Source of the DNA: Acaryochloris thomasi RCC1774
GTDB lineage: Bacteria; Cyanobacteriota; Cyanobacteriia; Thermosynechococcales; Thermosynechococcaceae
NCBI RefSeq assembly: GCF_003231495.1
Contig: NZ_PQWO01000004.1
Span: 60,001-92,000 of the forward strand
Reading direction: 5' to 3'
DNA: 32,000 bases
Of this stretch, positions 27,121-32,000 are shown piece by piece. The position numbers were made by a program, and so were the translations under genes. The notes under the pieces were generated by a model. It searched no databases and was not told the DNA's origin. It was given only the letters and a program-made list of their open reading frames with translations. Within the stretch, counting starts at the first letter, position 1. The number at the start of each line of letters is the position of its first letter.

Positions 27121-28395
27121 TTAGACAGCTTGACAATCATTTTTATCAGTATTTGTCAGCCACACTTCTACCTGAAAATATTCATGCCCTCCTTCCTCTC
27201 CACTTTCAACACTTATATTCTCATCAACTCTAAATTCTGTTGAGATATCATTTTCTATATTAGTCTTTTGCTCTACCTCCTCTATATAATTTCCCATTGA
27301 GTCTTCCAATTCATCAATGACTTTCTTTGCATATTCTTTATCTTTACTATTTGTATAAAGACGAATTAGATTCTCGCAAGAACTACCATTAGAGCCTTTG
27401 AAACCCACTTTCGGAATCAATAAATCATTCTTGAAGCTCAAATCCGCGCCTTCCCCTTTAGTAAAGTAGCGATGCAAATGCTTGTAAAATTTATCATTTA
27501 ATTTTTCGCTTAAATATTTAAATGTACTTGAAGACGCAAGCTCATCATCATGATAAAAAATCAAAAACACTTTCTTCTTGAAAGTAGCGACAATTGTTTG
27601 CCTAGCTAGTTCATTCTTTAAGTCAGAATCTTGATCATCACCCTGGCTTTTACTATCCGGATTAAGTAAACTTATCAACAACAAGTACAAGAAGTTATTA
27701 TGTATTAATTCGTAGCTTTCATCAGAAAATTTAAAATCTTCGGATTCACCTAAATATGCTAAAACTGAATCCAGTTCATCTTTATTGTTATTTCGAAGAT
27801 GATTAAGTAGCTTGTCAAGGTATTTTGCAGTTCTTTCATGAACTTCAACCACCAAGTCAGCATCTTCAATAAATGAGTGAATTTCGATCAATCTTTGCTC
27901 AAAATTATAACGATATAGAACATTATCATTTTTATCAAAGTTATCACTATTTAGGAAGTTATTTATCTCATTTTTACTTGTCTTCCTGATCGCTCTTCCT
28001 GTTCTATTTATTATTCTTCCTGTAATATCATAGTTCAACAAAAGATTCTGAAAATGGCTATAATAATTATTGTCTGGGATCTCTCCACCAAGTCCAAACG
28101 CGGCCAAACTATTATCAAGCGCTAAAAGCGCAATATCTCTCTCTGTACTATCATTACGAAGAGATTCAATTAAATCTGTCACAACCTCTGTAGTTCTAAA
28201 CCTACTTTCAATAATATCCATTCTCTCTGATATTTCATGCGATATAAATGCATTGTAAAGTCCTAAGATCGCAACTGCAGCTGTTGAGATAGCCGCAAAA
28301 CCAGAAGCAAAATGGTTAAAATTCCGAAGAAATTTTTTAGTAAATAAAGTTCTTTTTTTCTTGGGGTTAGAGACTTTTTCTTTAAGTAAATTCAT
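27121..28395 (-). CDS. membrane-anchored orphan protein in the AT-rich island
   Basis: 424 aa. Basic N-terminus, one TM helix (FASGFAAISTAAVAILGLYNAF), then an Asn/Asp/Glu/Lys-rich body with no motif I recognise. A long ORF in very AT-rich DNA is unlikely to arise by chance. Confidence 0.65.
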   Translation of the reverse strand: MNLLKEKVSNPKKKRTLFTKKFLRNFNHFASGFAAISTAAVAILGLYNAFISHEISERMDIIESRFRTTEVVTDLIESLRNDSTERDIALLALDNSLAAFGLGGEIPDNNYYSHFQNLLLNYDITGRIINRTGRAIRKTSKNEINNFLNSDNFDKNDNVLYRYNFEQRLIEIHSFIEDADLVVEVHERTAKYLDKLLNHLRNNNKDELDSVLAYLGESEDFKFSDESYELIHNNFLYLLLISLLNPDSKSQGDDQDSDLKNELARQTIVATFKKKVFLIFYHDDELASSSTFKYLSEKLNDKFYKHLHRYFTKGEGADLSFKNDLLIPKVGFKGSNGSSCENLIRLYTNSKDKEYAKKVIDELEDSMGNYIEEVEQKTNIENDISTEFRVDENISVESGEEGGHEYFQVEVWLTNTDKNDCQAV

Positions 28396-28441
28396 AACAA
28401 ATACTCTAACTTAGACCATATGCAAAACGAAAACTTAATCC

Positions 28442-28471
28442 TATAAATGCATTCATTAGAATGCATTTATA
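28442..28471 (-). terminator. perfect 13-bp stem / 4-nt loop hairpin between the peptide gene and the orphan gene
   Basis: TATAAATGCATTC-ATTA-GAATGCATTTATA. On the minus strand it is followed by GGATTAAGTTTTCGTTTTGC (two T4 runs). Confidence 0.45.
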
Positions 28472-28482
28472 AAACCTTAAAA

Positions 28483-28635
28483 TCAATGGCAATGCTCAAT
28501 TCCATATGAATCATAATGGCATCCATATTCGTTAGTATCACCACTGTGAGAGAAACTATGCTCAGCTTTAAATAAGAAGACAAAAGAGAAGAAAGCCAGT
28601 ACTAAAACAATAGAATACAATCTAATAATTTTCAT
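28483..28635 (-). CDS. 50-aa exported His/Cys/Tyr-rich peptide (not in the ORF track)
   Basis: Hand translation gives MKIIRLYSIVLVLAFFSFVFLFKAEHSFSHSGDTNEYGCHYDSYGIEHCH*. GAGAGG SD lies 7 nt before the ATG at 28635. Signal-like N-terminus. A 51-codon open frame in stop-rich AT DNA. Confidence 0.5.
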   Translation of the reverse strand: MKIIRLYSIVLVLAFFSFVFLFKAEHSFSHSGDTNEYGCHYDSYGIEHCH

Positions 28636-29164
28636 GTCTTAACCTCTCAGCACCAACAAAAATTCAGCAAGAAACAAGAGTCTATAAAAAGTCTGCCTCT
28701 TTATTCCTTTACAATACATTCTTCGGGAATTTTATTAACTATCTACAGCTCTGCTGTCTAACTGTCAGAGAGTAAAGATTCCTTTACGCAAATAAAACGT
28801 AAACTTATACAAACTTTACTCCAGGAGAAGCAAATACGGCATTAGCAGAAATGGATATATAGTAAGAGTTCAGCGGAATCTGCAGAATTCAATCATTATC
28901 TATTGCTTTGATGCAGGATAAAATAGGGGATATTTTGCATTTGACAGAGAAATAAAAAACATTGAATTCTCGTTAGAAAGACTTGAAGCATTGAGTATCC
29001 TAATATGCAAAGTTGTGGTCTTTTGTTTTTGTCAAGATTCTTTAACAGCCTTTCTTCAATACTGAAACTAAGCACCCAGTGATAGCAACCCTAGTTGCCA
29101 GAAATTGATGCTGAAAACTGCATCCTCCAGAGCAAGCGATAGCCAAGTCTTAAAGCAACACTTA

Positions 29165-30101
29165 TAGAACCCATTTGATATCTTTTTGTATTTGGTTCAA
29201 GGTACTCAAAACTGTCCAACCAATACACCATGACGTATTCGAGCAGCCTCACCGACAAAGAATGGGAAATCGTTGAACCGCTGTTACTCCAGCTCTTACC
29301 TGCCAAGAAACAGACGCGCTCTTCCCACTGGACAAAGCGAGAGCTCTTTGATGGGATACTCTATCAACTCAAAAATGGTTGTAACTGGGCTGACCTCCCC
29401 AAAGACCTTCCCCCATACTCAGCGGTCTACTGGCACTACAAGCAGTGGCGAGCCGCAGGGGTGTTGGAGACGCTGATGAATGTTTTACATCGACACGTTC
29501 GCCAACAGGTTAAAAAAAGCCCAAATGGACGAGGTTAATCATCATTGATTCCCAAGCGGTGAAAAATACCTGTAATGCCAGTGTGACCTCGAAAGGCTTT
29601 TGTTTTTACAAAGCCACCAATGGCATTAAAAGACATCTAGCCGTTGATACCCTTTGCTTTCCTTTCTTTACGCACTGCACTGCGGCGAATATCTCGGATG
29701 ATGCAGGATTGATTGAGATGCTGGCACTCAATATCGACTATTTCAAGTCAAAACCCGTTAACATCCCGAAGATCACTATTTTGCTAGATCATGGCTATCA
29801 CATTGACCATTTGACAGCGGCGTTAGATAAAATTTATCCCCAGATCATGACGAAAATCAAGTTTGAGCTTTCAACAAAACCGTCTAAACAGGAGAAGGTC
29901 GCGCAAGGGAAATATGGCTTTGTTCTGGCTATCGCTCGGTGGGTGATTGAGCGCTCCAATGCTTGGATGGACAGATGCAAAAGTCTCACGAAGAACTTTG
30001 AGTGAACCTTGTCGAATGCGACAACCAAAATCAACCTTTGCTTCGTCAGGCTAATGATTAAGAGGCTTGCAGACTCTGCTTAAGATCTCAAATGGGTTCT
30101 A
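29165..30101 (+). mobile_element. IS5-family insertion sequence (IS427/IS1031-like), 937 bp
   Basis: Terminal inverted repeats TAGAACCCATTTGA(T/G)ATCTT at both ends. Flanking TA/TA (29163-29164 and 30102-30103). Two-ORF DDE transposase inside. Confidence 0.8.
29230..30005 (+). CDS. IS5-family DDE transposase, OrfA-OrfB joined by a predicted -1 frameshift
   Basis: OrfA (29230-29538) is DUF4096-like (LTDKEWEIVEPLL...YWHYKQW). The -1 frame is open from the A7 run (29512-29518) and reads KPKWTRLIIIDSQAVKN...ERSNAWM, ending at 30005. Confidence 0.8.
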
Positions 30102-30124
30102 TATTGAACTTTGTATATAATCTC

Positions 30125-30304
30125 TCATTTTTTGTGAGCTTTCCAGGTGCCGCCATAGACGTAGTGCGGGTTGTTCTGCCGCACAATTGACCAGCAGAGA
30201 TCGCAAACAAACTGCCACTGCCCTGACTCATCGAACTGCACACGATAAAGGGTGTTCGCGGATTTGCAGCAGCGATCGCAATCTTTCTCACGCTTCCGAC
30301 CCAT
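30125..30304 (-). CDS. 59-aa zinc-ribbon-like protein (missed by the ORF track)
   Basis: Hand translation gives MGRKREKDCDRCCKSANTLYRVQFDESGQWQFVCDLCWSIVRQNNPHYVYGGTWKAHKK*. Two CxxC pairs and a YGGTWKA ending that I recall from a widespread small-protein family. Contains a HIP1 site. Confidence 0.6.
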   Translation of the reverse strand: MGRKREKDCDRCCKSANTLYRVQFDESGQWQFVCDLCWSIVRQNNPHYVYGGTWKAHKK

Positions 30305-30330
30305 CTATGTATACGCCCCTATATACATAG
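30305..30330. promoter_or_regulatory. perfect 9-bp inverted repeat abutting the start codon of the zinc-ribbon gene
   Basis: CTATGTATA-cgccccta-TATACATAG. The arm at 30305-30313 directly abuts the start codon (CAT, 30302-30304 on the plus strand). Confidence 0.4.
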
Positions 30331-30356
30331 ATGCTACATCTAACCTTGCGTGCCCC

Positions 30357-30923
30357 TTACCGTGCAAACTCTTCTTGGAGAAGCTCTTTACCCTGATAAA
30401 TTGCGATTGATTTTGGCGTGACCCAATACTCATAGCCATTTTCTTTAATGTAGTAGCCGCTATCCGACAGTAAAGCGGGTAGCTCGGCCTCAGAGCCAGA
30501 AGGCAGATAGGTGCCGTGATACCGATAGCTACCGTTATCATCGCAAACGGTCACTTCATAGGACTCTGTATTGAGTGTCAAAAGGCTCTCCTGCTCGCCT
30601 GTACACTTACTTTTAGGTTCACTGGCTGCATCCGCCTGAGGTGGAGGTGAAGGGGCCGCATCAGAGCCGTCAGCCGCCGTTCCGATGGCTGTAGAGCCGG
30701 GTGCATTAGATTGAGGTGCAGACTGCTGTTTCGTAAGAGCAGGGCTGGGAGAGGCGGTGGTCACCGGTTGATTGCCGGAGTTGAGGGAGTCAAAATTGAC
30801 CTTGCCGCTGGGGGTGTAGGGCACATCTTCATAGGGCGGTTTGGCCGTGCAGCCCGATAGAATCAGATACGCGACTGTACCGCAGCAGCCTGCTTGCAAT
30901 ACTTTATACAGCGTTAAAAACAT
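30357..30923 (-). CDS. lipoprotein, hypothetical
   Basis: Signal peptide with lipobox LILSGC, a Pro/Ala/Ser-rich linker, and a C-terminal globular part. Confidence 0.6.
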   Translation of the reverse strand: MFLTLYKVLQAGCCGTVAYLILSGCTAKPPYEDVPYTPSGKVNFDSLNSGNQPVTTASPSPALTKQQSAPQSNAPGSTAIGTAADGSDAAPSPPPQADAASEPKSKCTGEQESLLTLNTESYEVTVCDDNGSYRYHGTYLPSGSEAELPALLSDSGYYIKENGYEYWVTPKSIAIYQGKELLQEEFAR

Positions 30924-30993
30924 CTTGTGATCAGGAATTTATTGTTAGTGTGCCCTGCAGCACCCTTTCACCTGACCTTCACCGCCCTCAAAA

Positions 30994-31809
30994 TCACAGA
31001 TCAAGAGAGACAAACCAGTCGATCATTCGCCGCGCAATACTGGCCTTAGACGGGATATCCGGTAGATTGCGCTTTGTGAACCAAGCCGCGTCCGCGATCT
31101 CGGCGGGTTCCGGCGTAATTTCACCGCTGACGTAGGTGGCCGTAAATCCAATCATGAGAGAGTTCGGGAACGGCCAAGGCTGCGACCCAAAGTAGCGAAT
31201 ATCCTTGATCTCAATGCCGACTTCTTCTCGTACTTCTCGAATCACCGTTTCCTCCAGCGACTCACCGGGTTCAACAAAGCCCGCCAGAATGCTGTAACGA
31301 CCGGCAGGGAATCGATGGGCACGGGCTAACAGTAAGGCCGGACCCCGAGCAATCAGCATAATCACCGCCGGAGACAGCCGAGGATAGAAGACTAGACTGC
31401 ACTTGGGGCAGCGTTTAGTGCGTTCGTGGGGTTGTTGAGTTGTTGGCGTTGCGCAGTGGCCGCAGTACTGATGGGTGCGGTCCCATTCTATGATTTGGTA
31501 GGCTCTGCCTGCGATCGCAAACGCTTCATCGCTCAACACCCCATAAAGTCGCCGTAGCCCCTCCACCTTCATCCCCTCAGGTAGCTTACCTTCAAGCGCT
31601 AGTTCAGCAGAGTAGCAGGGCCGTCCGTCCAGTTCTCCTAAAAACTGAGTGCGAACCGGCGTTAACTCTGGTAATGCTGAACCAGTGGGCAAAACAACGG
31701 ACTCACCCTGCGTTTGCAGCAGTAGCTCGCGTCCCATAAAAGCAAACCACAGAGCTGATTCTGAACGGTCTTGAGGCGATTCAACGCCGGGAACAAACGT
31801 TGATGGCAT
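30994..31809 (-). CDS. nudC: NADH pyrophosphatase (Nudix hydrolase NudC)
   Basis: Zinc ribbon CGHC...CPKC, Nudix box GFVEPGESLEETVIREVREEVGI, and the NudC signature SQPWPFPNS. I prefer the start MPSTF at 31809 (TGATG overlap with the upstream ORF stop) over the track start at 31869. Confidence 0.8.
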   Translation of the reverse strand: MPSTFVPGVESPQDRSESALWFAFMGRELLLQTQGESVVLPTGSALPELTPVRTQFLGELDGRPCYSAELALEGKLPEGMKVEGLRRLYGVLSDEAFAIAGRAYQIIEWDRTHQYCGHCATPTTQQPHERTKRCPKCSLVFYPRLSPAVIMLIARGPALLLARAHRFPAGRYSILAGFVEPGESLEETVIREVREEVGIEIKDIRYFGSQPWPFPNSLMIGFTATYVSGEITPEPAEIADAAWFTKRNLPDIPSKASIARRMIDWFVSLDL

Positions 31810-32000
31810 CACCGCTGGATTAATCGGGCCTGCTGGATCCACTGTGTTACCTCTCCCACCGTCGGACATAGCTCTCTTTTCTGTAGAAGAGCCACCTGCA
31901 AGCGCAGCAAATTTTTATGGAGCCTAGAGGCTGGCATCTGTGCGAGCTGCGCACAGGAGCTAACGCCCGCATGCAGCAGCAAGCCACAATACTGCATCCC
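31809..32000 (-). CDS. 3' end of a gene running off the window (DUF4332-like helix-hairpin-helix C-terminus?)
   Basis: The frame is open to the window edge. Its stop overlaps the nudC ATG. The family guess is weak. Confidence 0.3.
   Translation of the reverse strand, partial: GMQYCGLLLHAGVSSCAQLAQMPASRLHKNLLRLQVALLQKRELCPTVGEVTQWIQQARLIQR

Noticed and set aside
30088-30291. 67-aa track ORF.
   Set aside because: It is in a different frame from the 59-aa double-CxxC ORF at 30125-30304, which has far more protein-like features. The 67-aa product looks like noise.
31810-31869. Longer NudC start (MSDGGRGNTV…, ATG at 31869).
   Set aside because: It would overlap the upstream gene by 61 nt. The Met at 31809 gives a TGATG stop/start overlap and a length typical of NudC. 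The longer form is not excluded.

Overview
This looks like a cyanobacterial chromosomal window. HIP1 octamers (GCGATCGC, e.g. 944-951) occur in most genes, and Uma2/DUF820, TPR-CHAT, cynABDS and plant-type FNR genes are present. All calls come from reading the ORF translations and the DNA by eye; no searches were run.

Layout:
- 19-8410, all minus strand: a co-oriented nitrogen-scavenging and cobalt block, cynA-cynB-cynD-cynS (cyanate ABC transporter plus cyanase), hupE/ureJ-type Ni/Co permease, a DUF1097-like membrane protein, a COG0523 GTPase metallochaperone, and nthB-nthA (cobalt-type nitrile hydratase). An NtcA-type promoter precedes cynA. Two pairs of inverted G/C-tract hairpin repeats sit in the two long internal gaps.
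- 9001-11072: a divergent two-component pair (REC-AraC regulator and PAS histidine kinase).
- 11250-16400: patchy accessory DNA. It holds an intact Uma2 gene, a Tat-signal class-V PLP enzyme, an AT-rich SHOCT coiled-coil gene, a GNAT, a Uma2 pseudogene split by a 276-bp MITE, BrnT/BrnA toxin-antitoxin genes and a small orphan.
- 16467-18781: a small Cys protein, a second COG0523 paralog and a WD40 protein, in one operon.
- 19065-25931: Uma2 with a 21-bp x5 tandem repeat; a short FNR translationally coupled to a GAF-LuxR regulator; a secreted TPR-CHAT protease with a secreted 4-Cys partner.
- 26441-30104: a mobile-element-bounded, strongly AT-rich, HIP1-free island. It carries an unrecognised two-gene module: a 50-aa exported His/Cys/Tyr-rich peptide missing from the ORF track, a perfect hairpin, and a 424-aa membrane-anchored orphan. 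An intact IS5-family IS with an A7 -1 frameshift site and its MITE derivative flank it.
- 30125-32000: a 59-aa zinc-ribbon gene missed by the track, a lipoprotein, nudC and a partial ORF.

No rRNA, tRNA or CRISPR array was seen. The best novelty candidates are the AT-rich peptide plus orphan module and the cyanate/nitrile/cobalt supercluster.
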